From positions 1 through 35,068 of the forward strand of contig JBDRPD010000042.1 of assembly GCA_043827405.1 (NCBI GenBank): a DNA stretch of 35,068 nt. The letters are read 5' to 3'. Both the position numbers and the translations under genes were made by a program. The notes beneath the pieces were generated by a model that was given only the letters and a program-made list of their open reading frames with translations, made no database searches and was not told the origin of the DNA. Shown here in pieces: positions 12,001 through 18,705 of this stretch. Position 1 is the stretch's first letter, and every line of letters starts with the position of its first letter. The stretch comes from Elusimicrobiota bacterium (lineage in GTDB: Bacteria; Elusimicrobiota; Elusimicrobia; UBA1565).

Positions 12001-15000
12001 TCGTCGATAGTCCGGTTGACTTGAAGGGAATCGCCCAGGTGACGGTGGCCCTGACGGGCGGCCCGACATACTATTGGCATGCGCGTTCGTACAGCGCACT
12101 CGGCATCCCCTCGGCATATACTGCGCCGAACAACTTTATCATCGATCTGTTGCCGCCGGCGGTCAACGCCTTCCAACATATCAACTCGGCCGCGGGCGTG
12201 ATCACCGAGTCGCAGATAAACAACCTGGCCGCCGGCGTGACGGTGCAGCTAACGCTGCAGGACGCGACCGCCGGTTTGTTTATGAGCACCGCGACGGCGG
12301 TCGGCAACCATCAGACTCCCGCGGGCGGCTTCAGCGTTCTCTATTCGACCAATGCGGGCGCGAGCTGGCGTTCGCTGCGGCCGGCGGCCATGAGCCGCGA
12401 CGGCTCGCAGGAGGCTGTGCGCTCGTTGGCGGTATACAACGGCCAGCTCTATGCCGGTCAGGGTCTGGGGGCGGGTGACGGCGATGTCTTTGTAAACAAC
12501 GGGATTTCCTGGTCCGCCTCCCCCGCCGTGCCGAACCCGTCCTCTGTCGAGGTTATCCACGCCATGGCCGTATACAATGGGAACCTCTATGCCGGGCAGG
12601 GCGCCGACGCCGGCGACGGCGATGTGCTCAAGTACGACGGCTCGTGGAGCGTGAGCTATGACGGCGCGGCCGGCGATATCCGGGCGCTGGCGGTTTACAA
12701 CGGCAAGCTCTACGCCGGTCAGGGCGGTGCGGCGGCGGAAGACGGGGACATCCATGTCTATAACGGCGCAACCTGGAGCCTGTCGACGCCCACCGCCAGC
12801 TCCGAGATCCGCGCCTTGGCGGTCTACAAAGGCCAGCTCTATGCCGGCGGCGGTACTACCGGTATTCGTATATTCGATGGCTGGAGATGGACGGAAAATC
12901 CCGGCGCCACCACGGATCCCATCCTGGCCTTCGCCGTCTACAACGGCCGGCTCTATGCCGGCACCACCGGCGGCGACGTGCGCGTCTTCAACGGCAGCGC
13001 CTGGACCGCCAGCACCTCGACCGGCGCGGGATATGAGATATTGTCGCTGGCGGCCCATGGCGGCCGGCTCTATGCCGGCCGGGGCGGCGCCGCCGCGGGC
13101 GACGGCGATATTTACGCTTTCGACGGACAGAAGTGGACCTTGGCCTATGACGGCGCGGCCGGGGCTGTTTACGCCCTGGCGGCCTTTAACGGGAAGCTCT
13201 TCGCCGGCGAAGGCTCGGCGGCGGGGACCGACGGCGATATCCGGTCCTTCGCGCATTTGGGCGAACCGGCCATTACCGGTATCGAAGGCAGCGTTGATCC
13301 GGAGAATTTTACCGCCTATCTTGATCTGGTGAACTCAACCAATACCACGCAGTGCGGCGGCAGCGGGCCCTGCGGCGCCACCAACCAGGTGATCTTCAAT
13401 GCCGCCGACCGCGCCGGCAACGTCCTGTCGGCCGGTCCATACGCGGTGCTTGTGGATACCTCGGTGCCGCTGCCCATGATCGACACCTTGACGCCGCTGA
13501 CGACCCGGTCCATCTTTGTGACCGCCAATTCCAGTGACAACCTCTCCGGCATTAATGACTATGTGTTTGAGGCCTCCACGTCTTCGGATTTTTCGCCGCC
13601 GATTACGGATTCGGGCTTCGTGGCCATCGACTCCCATACCTTTACCGACCTCCTGGTTGCGACCACCTACTACTTCCGCGTCACCCTGCGCGACAACCTG
13701 CTCAATGTGTCGACGCCGTCGGTGGTCTCCGCCACCTCGACCTTCGGTACCGTATTCTACAGCAGCGCCGCGATTACGCCGGCCAGCGCGCTGCAGAGCG
13801 CGGTGGTGCCGATGCTGCGCCTGTATCTCAACACCCCCACCGGCACCTCGCGGCTGGATACGGTGCGGGTGACGCTGACGGGCAGCGCGGGGGATGCCGA
13901 CGTCAGCGAGGCGCAGATCTACCGCGACGTTGACGGCGACGGCGTCTTTGACGACGGCGCCGAGACCTTCCTGGCCGGCGCGGTGTTCACCAACGGTGTG
14001 AGCACCGTGGTGCTGGCCGGCAACGCGGAGGCGCTTGATGTCAAGGTCAGCACGGTATTTATCGCTTTCCAGATGAGCGACTTCGCCACGGTCAATAATA
14101 CCGTGGGTATGGACCTGGTGCTCCCCGGCGACATCGGCCTCAAGTTCCCGGACAATGCCGAGGGGCCGTTTCCGACCTCGGTGCCGCCCATCAGTATTAC
14201 CGACGGCGCCAACCGGGTGACCTTTAATGAAACCGGCTCTTATGCCGCGCAGAGCGCCGCGCCGTCGCAGAATGACGTGCTGACGCTGCGGCTCAACGCC
14301 ACCACCCCGCTGGGCTCCAGCATTATCGACGAGATTGTGGTGCATCTGACCGGCGACATGCCGGCCAATAAAATTACGCGGGTGGTGGTGTGGCGCGACG
14401 CCAACGGCAACAGCGTTTTTGAGCCCGCAACCGACGACAACCTGACCGATAATATTCAAACCTTCACGCAGAAGGGCACGGGGCTTGCCGTCTCCACGGT
14501 TACGCTGTCAGCGCCCCAGTCGTCGCGCACCGTGGTCCAGGGCGGCGGCGAAGTGTTCTTTGTGTCGGTGGATATCCCGTCGACGGCCGGGTCGGAGCAG
14601 GGCAAGGGCTTCCAGCTCGTGATCTCCACGCCGGCCGACATCCATCTCAGTAACCCGGCCGACTCGGCGGCTCTGACCGCCTATCCGATCACCGCCAGCA
14701 CGGTGACCATTCAGATCAACAACACCGTGACGGTATCGACCAGGAGCTGGGCGCCGGCCACGGTCGTTCAGGGCGGCCGCTTTGTGATTTTTGGCGCCAC
14801 CTTGACCGCGGACGCGGGGACGGCGGGAATCGATCAATTCACAGTGAACCTTAACGGCCTGGCCGCGGACTCGGATATCGAGGCTGTTGAGCTCTATAAG
14901 GACAAGACGGCGGACGGCAAGCCTTTCGTCAGCCCGGCGGCGGAAACCTTTCTGGGCTCTGCGACTTTCTCGGGCGGCGTCGCCGTGATCGGAATCTGGG

Positions 15001-18000
15001 ATCCCATCCTGGCCGGTCCGTTGGAGGTGGCCCAAAGCACGACCGTCGTGTTCCTTGCCTATAAGGTCGCGGCGGGTGCCAGTGCGGGGCGTACCGCGGG
15101 CGCCGTGATTACATCGGCCGGCGACATCTCGACGGTGGACCCCACTAGCTCGGTCCAGGGAGTGTTCCCGATTATCTCGCCGCTAACCCAGATCGTGGAG
15201 ACCATCAACACGCTCAAGATCCCGTCGTCGCCTCCGGTCAACCCGCCCAACGTCGATCAGGGAGAAAAGGACGTGAAGATGCTCAGCTTTGAACTGGTTT
15301 CCGACAACAACAATATTACCTGGTCGGGGCTGACCATCGAGCGCCTCGGCGACACCGTCGACGCCGACGTGAAAGCCATTCGGCTGTGGCGTGATACGGA
15401 CAAAAACGGCAACATCGATCCGGCCGTCGACGTGCAGCTCAACGGCACCATCAGCACCGATACCTTTACCGGCGGCGTCGCCACCATCGCCCTCGACGTT
15501 TCGACCGAGATCGCCCGCACGACCATGACCTTCATTATCACGTTGGATATCAGCCCCGACGCGGTGCCCGGCAGCTCCATCGCGGTCCGCATCGACACCA
15601 CCACGGCCTTCAGCATCAACGCGCCCAATATCGTCTCCAGCATGACGGCGGCCTTCCCCATAGACACCCCCAGCTATGTGCCGATTCAGCAGTTCGCTAA
15701 TACGATTACGGTCACGACCACCAGCATCGTGCCGTCGGGAGGCGCCCTGCCCGGGACGCAGAATGTGGGCATTATGCATCTCGTTCCCAATACCGACGTA
15801 TCAACGGCGAAATGGCTGGCGCTGCAGGTCGAGCGGCTGGGGAGTTCGGTCAACTCGGATATCGCCGCGGTGAAGATCTATTACGATAAAACGGGGCTGG
15901 GAACATGGAACTCATCGAACCTCGGCGCCTATGACCTGATCACCCCATCGACCCATACTTTCGGCGACCTGGGTCTTAACTCGGTGCGCGTGAGCATCAG
16001 CACGCCGCCGACCTTGGTGCGCTCCGACGTCAGCCAGAAGGGCTTTTTCCTCGTCGTCGATATCGCGGCGGGGGCGACCCCGGATAATACGATTATTGTG
16101 CGGGCGCAGAATGACAGCTGGTTCGAGGCCGACGGGCTCAACGAGTTCAGCAGCAGCACGGCGAAGTTTACGTCGCAGACCCTGACCATCGCCGCCCCGC
16201 CCCAGCAGATGTTCGTGGTGGCGAGCGATACGGCGCCCGCCTCTGTTACCCAGGGCGACACCTTTGTGCCGATGATGGAGCTCGAGCTGTGGATGACGAA
16301 CTATTCGGCGAAGTGGACCCGGCTCACGGTTCAGCGGGCGGGCACGGGCTCCGATGACGATATTTCGGCGGTGCGCATCTTCAACGACAGCGGCACGGTC
16401 GCCGGGGAGTGGGACGCTTCGGATACCGAGCTCGGCGCCGCGGTATTCAGCGGCGGCCAGGCGGTGCTGACCTTCGCCACGCAGACGATCCGTACCAGCA
16501 CCGCGATCTATCACCTGACCTACGATATCGATCCGGCGGCGCAGGGGACGAGCGTCGGCCTGGTGCTGGACAACTCGGGCCAGTTCGATCCGCTGTCCTC
16601 GCCGCATGTGACCTCGAACTACGGCTTCCCCTTCCAGTCCTCCGACAGCGCGATCGCGCGCACGGTTACGGGCATGAACGTCACCGGGTTTCCGGCGGCG
16701 CCGGGCTCGCTGCTCCAGGGCGCGACCAATCAGCCGATCATCGGCCTGATCCTGGATACCGACAATCTGGCGCTGCTCTTTTCTGCCGTGACGGTGAGGA
16801 GCTCGGGCACCGCGGCCGACAGCGATATCACGGCCGTCAACCTGTGGTATGACGCCGACCAGAACGGCAGCTTCAGCGCCGCGCTCGACGAGCAGCTTAC
16901 CGCCGGCTCCGAACGCTTCGTGGGCGGCGAGGCGACCTTGACCATCCTGCCTGGCAGCGAGAAGACGATTGATACGCTGGCAAAGACCTTCTTCGTGACC
17001 GTTGACGTGGCTGTTTTCGCCGACGACACCAAGAAATTCGGCGCGGTGGTGCTTTCGAGCGACGCCTTCACCGTCTCCAGCCCGAACTTCGTCGTCGACG
17101 CGAACTTCCCGGCGCCGCCCTTCCCGCCGAACTCGCCGCTGAAGAAGGTCGCCGAGGTGCTGACCGTTAGACCTGTCGACACGCTGCCCGCGGGCGGCGT
17201 CAATCAGAGCACGGCGGTGGCGGCGGTGATGCTCGCGGCCTTCGCCTCGCGCAATTCGATCGAGTGGACCAAGCTCTCCATTGAGCAGCGCGGGACACTC
17301 GACGTCTCATCGATTTCGGCCGTCAGCCTCTACCGCGCCGACGCCTCCGGCAACTTCAGCTCCGGCGCAGTCTTGATCGCGAGCACGGGGGCGTTCACCG
17401 GCAAGGTGGCCGAGCTGGTTATGACGTCCTCGGAGACGGTGACGACGTCGACGGGGACCTACTATGTGGTGCTCGCGATCGCCGCCGGCGCTCCCGTCGA
17501 TGGCACCGTCGCCCTGCGCATCGCCAGCGCGGGCTCGCTGACGGTGACGAAAAACGATACGGTTTCGTCCGCCAATATCACGCCGTTTGACACCGGCGCG
17601 ACCAAGATCCTCGACGTGAAGACGCCGACGCAGCCCCAGGTGACGCTCACCGACGGCTCCTTCAGCAGCAATTTCGAGCATCTGGAGTTTAACTGGAACT
17701 CCGAGGTCGGCAGCGGGGGCATTATCGGCGCCGAGTACGCGATTGGGACCTCGACCGGCGCCAACGACATCTACCCCGCCGATCCCGATCCCAATGTATT
17801 CGCGCCGCTTTCCGCCGGCGATACCACGAAGAAGGCCAGCGGTTTCGGCATGGTGTCCGGAACGACCTATTACGTATCCGTGCGGGTGCAGTCCATGGTC
17901 TCCGGCTCACCGACGGTATTTACCAGTCCGGTGGGGGTATCGGCGCCCATTCTGGTGGACTTTACCGTGCCGACCGCGCCCGCCCCCAATATCAGCGTCT

Positions 18001-18605
18001 CCGGGGGAACGCTGCTGTTTACCTGGAGCGGCATCGTCGCCGGCCCATCGGGGATCAAGGGCTATCTTATTGAGTACCGCACCGGCGAGGTGCCGGTGTG
18101 GAAGAATGTGAAGACCGGAGGCGGCGCCATTGCCCAATCGGTGAGCTCCATTCGCCCGGCGGTCGCCGTGGCGGACAAAGATGTCGTTACCGGCAACTCC
18201 TACCAGGCTACGGGTCTACCCAAGGGCACGCTGTACTTCCGGATGCGGGCCGTGACCGGCGCGGGGCAGGCGGGGCCGGCCAGCGATCCAAAGAAGCTGC
18301 TCGTCGGCGTGACGGGAACCGAGAGCATCAGCCAGGTCAGCAGTTATCCGAATCCCTTCGATTCCCGAAAGGAAAAAGCGACCATCCATTATTCGCTGGG
18401 CACCACGAGCGAAGTGTCCATTGAGATTTACAGTGTCTACGGACGGTTGGTGCGTTCGCTTAGCGGGACCGGCAATCCGGGCTCCAACGAGGTGGTCTGG
18501 GACGGCACCGACGACGGCGGCGCCAAGGTATCTATGGGCATCTACCTCGCCGTTGTCGAGGTCGGCGGCGAAAAGACCATCCTCAAGATCGGCGTCAAGC
18601 ATTAG
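3..18605 (+). CDS. Giant multidomain surface/adhesin-like protein (FG-GAP/VCBS propellers, FN3/Ig-like domains, LamG/ConA-like domains, beta-propellers, C-terminal FlgD-Ig/T9SS-like sorting domain); 5'-truncated
   Basis: The 6155-aa ORF 138..18605 stays open upstream to position 3 (GPGAPHPDGG...DDPGGGGGGGIVAVNV). There is no signal peptide or RBS at ATG138, so the true start lies outside the window. Motifs: (A/S)WGDYDNDGDLD FG-GAP repeats, LamG signatures (TVEAWV...WHHVA...YIDG...GQIDEVRI), YYWRVRA FN3/Ig motifs and a terminal YPNPF...WDG...GIYL...KIGVKH. Confidence 0.9.
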   Translation, partial: GPGAPHPDGGAAGADADGGDDPGGGGGGGIVAVNVTGSISTTLSAMTADGGASGGGTALAGAVGALPAGPGLVDDIAVGVIVSTGLGASSMTATLTWTAPAAGAAGGENAFYDLRYDTNPILTQADYDNAPNSVLFATAVVASAAESAQIEFLDAAATHYFAVSMIDNFGLKGGVSNAATALAYVTSVIGGINSRGVAWGDYDGDGDLDFIVAKNGDEYIGKNNGDGTFSPFTISGSGMNSLAVAWCDVDRDGDLDAVLANAGNESILRNDGGDNFTTVTIADTADTSNGIACGDYDNDGDMDLVVGNTTLEDYVATNNGIGGFSTAPLTGTAVNTKSVAWADYDNDGDLDFVAAANLTNDYIAKNNGDGTFSTFTFTAYVANSEGIAWGDYDGDGKLDIAIANNGNTAVYHNDGGDAFTEIQIADSGGNSLGIAWADYDNDNDLDLLVANSLTEQYILSNSDGAGTFVKVTLTGFPGTTYGVSWGDYDDDGDLDAVVGNDSATEDDWVYRNDLSVSHSAPSVPAGLTQYFDEFGAASSSGVLRLEWNEAADTETTDTDLLEYIVRVGTSAENGEIMPYPARFSQGGYGGAGFPYSTRGSTVTGKRGLRLVLPKETTVYWAVGAVDAEFTRSSTSTEQVAWLAAPAAISDLAAVYTSTGLGASSMTVTLTWTAPGANGGVGALAGGAFDLRYSTVGPIMDLMNYSTVSYQVMLSTSVSPGEPQSHTVEFLNAAVTHYFAITTIDEYGVRSALSNPTTALSYMVALVSPYQDSGDIAWGDYNRDGRLDLAAANDNKRAALYTQNADGSFTADSAGTETKISFALAWGDYDNDGDLDLAMANSSAGDEYVVKNNNGEFEWVSLDGSLGDSLGIAWGDYDNDGDLDLAVANDGQDNYIASNTAGAFSTFTVTSDGAGSTGVSWGDFNNDGYLDFAFANYGGDVVVGVNNGDGTISTAAIASSGGNSYGLAWGDYDADGYLDLAVVNDNENVYLLHNNGAGGFAAKSEIPNTDVAGRGIVWGDANNDGKLDLAIAVETDDEVVLFGDGAGGFTKITLVGTGHSSTAVSWGDADGDGDLDLAVSNDTESEFVLRNDIIAAHTPPTPPASGFSARYEEFSEFSSSGTLTLMWGHGADAETTDVDLLEYFVQVGTTVAGSSTTMRIPEAFGASGTGFLYSTRGSTDPARRGIKLRMQAETTAYWAVVPMDAELMRGATSAEQTTPVVAPRRISDLAVSVTISTAIGASSMTARLSWTAPGDDGGIGAIMAGEYDIRYSSHAAILTNADFINAAASFRIAVATSVNPDAPQTYDIPFLDRATTHYFAITTKDGLGVRSALSNAATAFSYIQEVVGTADASYNAAWADIDGDGDLDFVVANYAALKVKAVNNGDGTFTQSAIAGTAGSNTRGLAWGDMDNDGDLDAVLANDSDQAQTILVNDGNGNFSVYTLADTNGYSQGVAVADFDNDGDLDFVTSESAQDYVVLHTNLGGLYFSSATVAGGGTGSRGVTAGDMDNDGDMDIVVANNTGGANTMVLKNNGDGTFSETELTDTGGYSNGIALGDYDGDGDLDIAVANAGSGDSGEENYILRNNGGLSFTKITLVNDVQVSHGALWGDANNDGRLDAAFVNELGEDAAVWLSQGGDVFARHALYGTGGSTHSLSWGDFDDDGDLDLLLVSGPDTVGYIVRNDTSAANTAPSAPSGLTATFSEYSLFADSGVLTLKWSDATDTQTSTAALRYYVRIGTTTTGSSTTLKIPPRFGYDGYSGGGLLYSTRLSGLERGFKIEMQKETTVYWSLITEDGALARSGDSGEQEVDLSIPRAVTDLTAAIDNSVQSSSVAWVALSFTAPGENGNSGNLQAGALFDVRWSTVGPISSDAEYEGTTFKSIVSAAGAVQGSNSAWASVAVSASSKTYYFAMTTLDQFGARSVLSNSSNGVFPKIMRERVYDLAETSILQDQTTGFLRIDVWTDGVGQIVKWEKLRVKKIGSLPDGAIKLVGLWNDLGSVAKTFDDSDSKRTANAVFTSSEVVLTFSTPQSIDQTTSTYYLGAQFDPAFLPVDGASIALVLVGDAFVVTQGGVGAVDFPALELDGVDDGAIAPYHATLNVAPDPITVEAWVRTTDGGADRVIVTRGRTSPVGGYRLWLNGDGCGSGVPTLYIGVDKLCANAQDASVRIDDGYWHHVAAAFDNSAGKTIYIDGVTVAVGNTDGVLDLSDASEGGLGIGRSSATLGGLGNPLAGQIDEVRISKISSRYARDIEFIPARRFADGDINSVALYHFDGELDPALQFKDRSNAGSNTLTVVGAVGGYGRSTATAVTDAADVFVASGTDVAPATMFENQKDIAMLRLMLWTENDHVTLDEFFITPLGDGSAVENISLYLDDGDEVFDKFADTNLISGKEFTNSTATFNLAGAGKAQLINTSTKSYFIVWDVAGGIDLDVNLGLEIAATTNFTLSGSTDAGLNLGYPIRSGTPMIVGAEVFVTPEAATGTWINTSSIVFRTNGAFNLGNVLEYRYVWNQNPVTAVAWGDSPWTVGKATATAGTDANDWYFHVRAFASGPTAGTQEDFGPFYVDTALPTGAGFLSYNSTAGALAETQFSDLAADVTAEYQVEDALSGLNLDGPAPVAPDSGTISLWHFDEQSGITWYDAAGPNRNDLSIVAGGMTRTHGRFGSALLFDGVSYLRAVPLKIELPIGNVEFSFESWVFPLSTDTTSGITSWGTPSQPLRIALDSGQLAINFGGGYVARGPVLSTGVWQHIGLTYDGSTCRYYVDGAEVGSNGCGARETGLGELYIGGTDAGELFQGALDEMRILDVALSAGEIYNDYSRGDPYFVSYSTNAGSSWQFIASTDTAAAAHIELSGAHGAAGPETLKVYGLDLVLSTSAQTTNKGTNQVRFHAADRAANVFVAGPFAVLVDTNAPVAVSTPAVPVNGAFVSPGGTDPDAHPDFHWIGPDPYLVSGMAGEFFLEVVQDDDTFAAPLIRISTPAEVSDYGLDRTFGSYLSTFTLTENSTYYWRVRARSGLGIYSPWSQTSSFVTDTTTPTAADFRVFNSTAGDFLESQNIDLLTGVTVQITLNDAARAGLGHFAEYPSTTDVLGYWSFDEVGGANPIDSSGNGNNGTLSCGQLNCSSATYAAGRFGAGISCNGDQRQGVLFPNADFNFPASSTFTLEAWIFPEKIDSNRTLIAMGHPGYPAGRNYVFGTSKVGDITALQFVANTEGKTSSGRSILRDRWQHVAVVVESSRMLFYINGAFDSLEFIPGGVTGGGTMPLSICTGLNEAGAFSSGYYGMIDEVRVVGHALDAEQIAADYTATAAGRFAVEYSTTAGQDWNIVGATYAVPGYPYLRISGDAGSMGPQTLEVRLLDLTHSTSSATGSQGTNQVRFHVPDRAGNTLVTSPYAVIVDTVAAASVATPLFPADGAYSGSQPNFRWAGPSTTTVVQMGTGSVYLLEVDDNPDFFTQEIYISTPVLTQSTSVANVSGLYVSTYTLTHNTTYYWRVRSRNELGLLSPPLTVFTFVTDLSSPVSSGFISYNSTYGAVAEGVVNDLSAGVTVELLLQDSVLAAESGLSTQPVAGARTFGVIYTTQTGQNPVFWTDGGWGPSFSDPSGTAVEALALYGGALYAGTRGGASAPVYKYAGGGWTQAGAALTGSAVKCFAEFNGKLYAGVDGNGRIYSWNGGSWTQEFDTGKSQTNALAVYNGRLYAATGGSGEIWAYDAGTGNWFRVFAGYVESMSRWIDPIYALEVYNGSLFAAGQGGIIVSSGTTFTVSNKGNVGWLSLEVYNNDLYAGNNSGGEIFKFDGAAWGALPDKNTPEASVAALGMHDGRLYAGANGASPGRIYVKDGRDWLLVRQLATGDETRAFQHYNGRLYAGTKLSANGVVYVSTPLATSLTGDEGATSVQTLRAEGLTFTQSTIASDCLGSRQNPAVSCAATNQVRFTAMDRAGNVAAAGPYAVLVDALLSQPTAAYPAAGEFIMTDVPALLWQESPVQPKHEIEIDDDVEMTSPEYTLIVDSPVDLKGIAQVTVALTGGPTYYWHARSYSALGIPSAYTAPNNFIIDLLPPAVNAFQHINSAAGVITESQINNLAAGVTVQLTLQDATAGLFMSTATAVGNHQTPAGGFSVLYSTNAGASWRSLRPAAMSRDGSQEAVRSLAVYNGQLYAGQGLGAGDGDVFVNNGISWSASPAVPNPSSVEVIHAMAVYNGNLYAGQGADAGDGDVLKYDGSWSVSYDGAAGDIRALAVYNGKLYAGQGGAAAEDGDIHVYNGATWSLSTPTASSEIRALAVYKGQLYAGGGTTGIRIFDGWRWTENPGATTDPILAFAVYNGRLYAGTTGGDVRVFNGSAWTASTSTGAGYEILSLAAHGGRLYAGRGGAAAGDGDIYAFDGQKWTLAYDGAAGAVYALAAFNGKLFAGEGSAAGTDGDIRSFAHLGEPAITGIEGSVDPENFTAYLDLVNSTNTTQCGGSGPCGATNQVIFNAADRAGNVLSAGPYAVLVDTSVPLPMIDTLTPLTTRSIFVTANSSDNLSGINDYVFEASTSSDFSPPITDSGFVAIDSHTFTDLLVATTYYFRVTLRDNLLNVSTPSVVSATSTFGTVFYSSAAITPASALQSAVVPMLRLYLNTPTGTSRLDTVRVTLTGSAGDADVSEAQIYRDVDGDGVFDDGAETFLAGAVFTNGVSTVVLAGNAEALDVKVSTVFIAFQMSDFATVNNTVGMDLVLPGDIGLKFPDNAEGPFPTSVPPISITDGANRVTFNETGSYAAQSAAPSQNDVLTLRLNATTPLGSSIIDEIVVHLTGDMPANKITRVVVWRDANGNSVFEPATDDNLTDNIQTFTQKGTGLAVSTVTLSAPQSSRTVVQGGGEVFFVSVDIPSTAGSEQGKGFQLVISTPADIHLSNPADSAALTAYPITASTVTIQINNTVTVSTRSWAPATVVQGGRFVIFGATLTADAGTAGIDQFTVNLNGLAADSDIEAVELYKDKTADGKPFVSPAAETFLGSATFSGGVAVIGIWDPILAGPLEVAQSTTVVFLAYKVAAGASAGRTAGAVITSAGDISTVDPTSSVQGVFPIISPLTQIVETINTLKIPSSPPVNPPNVDQGEKDVKMLSFELVSDNNNITWSGLTIERLGDTVDADVKAIRLWRDTDKNGNIDPAVDVQLNGTISTDTFTGGVATIALDVSTEIARTTMTFIITLDISPDAVPGSSIAVRIDTTTAFSINAPNIVSSMTAAFPIDTPSYVPIQQFANTITVTTTSIVPSGGALPGTQNVGIMHLVPNTDVSTAKWLALQVERLGSSVNSDIAAVKIYYDKTGLGTWNSSNLGAYDLITPSTHTFGDLGLNSVRVSISTPPTLVRSDVSQKGFFLVVDIAAGATPDNTIIVRAQNDSWFEADGLNEFSSSTAKFTSQTLTIAAPPQQMFVVASDTAPASVTQGDTFVPMMELELWMTNYSAKWTRLTVQRAGTGSDDDISAVRIFNDSGTVAGEWDASDTELGAAVFSGGQAVLTFATQTIRTSTAIYHLTYDIDPAAQGTSVGLVLDNSGQFDPLSSPHVTSNYGFPFQSSDSAIARTVTGMNVTGFPAAPGSLLQGATNQPIIGLILDTDNLALLFSAVTVRSSGTAADSDITAVNLWYDADQNGSFSAALDEQLTAGSERFVGGEATLTILPGSEKTIDTLAKTFFVTVDVAVFADDTKKFGAVVLSSDAFTVSSPNFVVDANFPAPPFPPNSPLKKVAEVLTVRPVDTLPAGGVNQSTAVAAVMLAAFASRNSIEWTKLSIEQRGTLDVSSISAVSLYRADASGNFSSGAVLIASTGAFTGKVAELVMTSSETVTTSTGTYYVVLAIAAGAPVDGTVALRIASAGSLTVTKNDTVSSANITPFDTGATKILDVKTPTQPQVTLTDGSFSSNFEHLEFNWNSEVGSGGIIGAEYAIGTSTGANDIYPADPDPNVFAPLSAGDTTKKASGFGMVSGTTYYVSVRVQSMVSGSPTVFTSPVGVSAPILVDFTVPTAPAPNISVSGGTLLFTWSGIVAGPSGIKGYLIEYRTGEVPVWKNVKTGGGAIAQSVSSIRPAVAVADKDVVTGNSYQATGLPKGTLYFRMRAVTGAGQAGPASDPKKLLVGVTGTESISQVSSYPNPFDSRKEKATIHYSLGTTSEVSIEIYSVYGRLVRSLSGTGNPGSNEVVWDGTDDGGAKVSMGIYLAVVEVGGEKTILKIGVKH
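219..5790 (+). repeat. Three tandem ~575-590 aa units (FN3-like + FG-GAP propeller + FN3-like) plus a fourth FN3-like start, period ~1.7-1.8 kb
   Basis: Unit-start motif (V/I)xD(I/L)...SSM...L(T/S)WTAP recurs at ~219, ~1944, ~3675 and, more diverged, ~5448. Each of the first three is followed by about seven WGD(Y/F)DxDGDLD blades and a P..P..L...SG.L.L.W..A.D.(E/Q)T...Y.V.(V/I)GT...ETT.YW block. Confidence 0.85.
6230..9900 (+). other. Three LamG/concanavalin A-like lectin domains within the giant protein (~6230-6890, ~7870-8450, ~9260-9900)
   Basis: Each has (T/S)xE(A/S)W(V/I), W(H/Q)H(V/I), Y(I/V)(D/N)G and G.(I/L)DE(V/M)R(I/V) motifs, with an associated (Y/W)(H/S)FD motif. Confidence 0.8.
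10780..13260 (+). repeat. Two beta-propeller repeat arrays with ~40-47 aa blades (consensus ALAVYNGKLYAG...I..(Y/F)DG..W), ~10780-11620 and ~12390-13260
   Basis: Repeated ALALYGGALYAG, ALAVYNGRLYAA, SLAVYNGQLYAG, AMAVYNGNLYAG, ALAVYNGKLYAG, AFAVYNGRLYAG and ALAAFNGKLFAG in the translation. Confidence 0.8.
13750..17610 (+). repeat. Eight tandem ~155-165 aa beta-rich repeats with a DxDGxGxF-type loop (two more copies at ~5800 and ~6950)
   Basis: Recurrent pattern P..V.QG...ML.L.L...W..L.V.R.G...D.DI.AV.L(Y/W).D.(D/N)G.G.F...D..L...F.GG.A.L. Copies start near 13750, 14220, 14730, 15210, 15710, 16210, 16680 and 17160. Confidence 0.75.
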
Positions 18606-18694
18606 CGCCGTCTCCCGACCGATAAGCCTTATATTTTCACGTTAATTTTATGAGAAACTTCGGGATTTCTTCGTGTTTCCCCGCGCGCCGCCGC

Positions 18695-18700
18695 TACACT
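18695..18700 (+). promoter_or_regulatory. Possible sigma70-type -10 element (TACACT) for the sorting-domain/PorV/motor cluster
   Basis: TANNNT hexamer downstream of an AT-rich intergenic patch (18621-18672) and 5 nt before GTG18706. No clear -35 and no SD. Confidence 0.3.
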
Positions 18701-18705
18701 ATAGC

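Noticed and set aside
1119..18602. Many long antisense or alternate-frame ORFs over the giant gene (e.g. 5769-7628, 10212-11561 on the minus strand)
   Set aside because: These are shadow ORFs expected opposite a high-GC3 coding strand. Their translations are Arg/Gly/Val-rich with no motifs.
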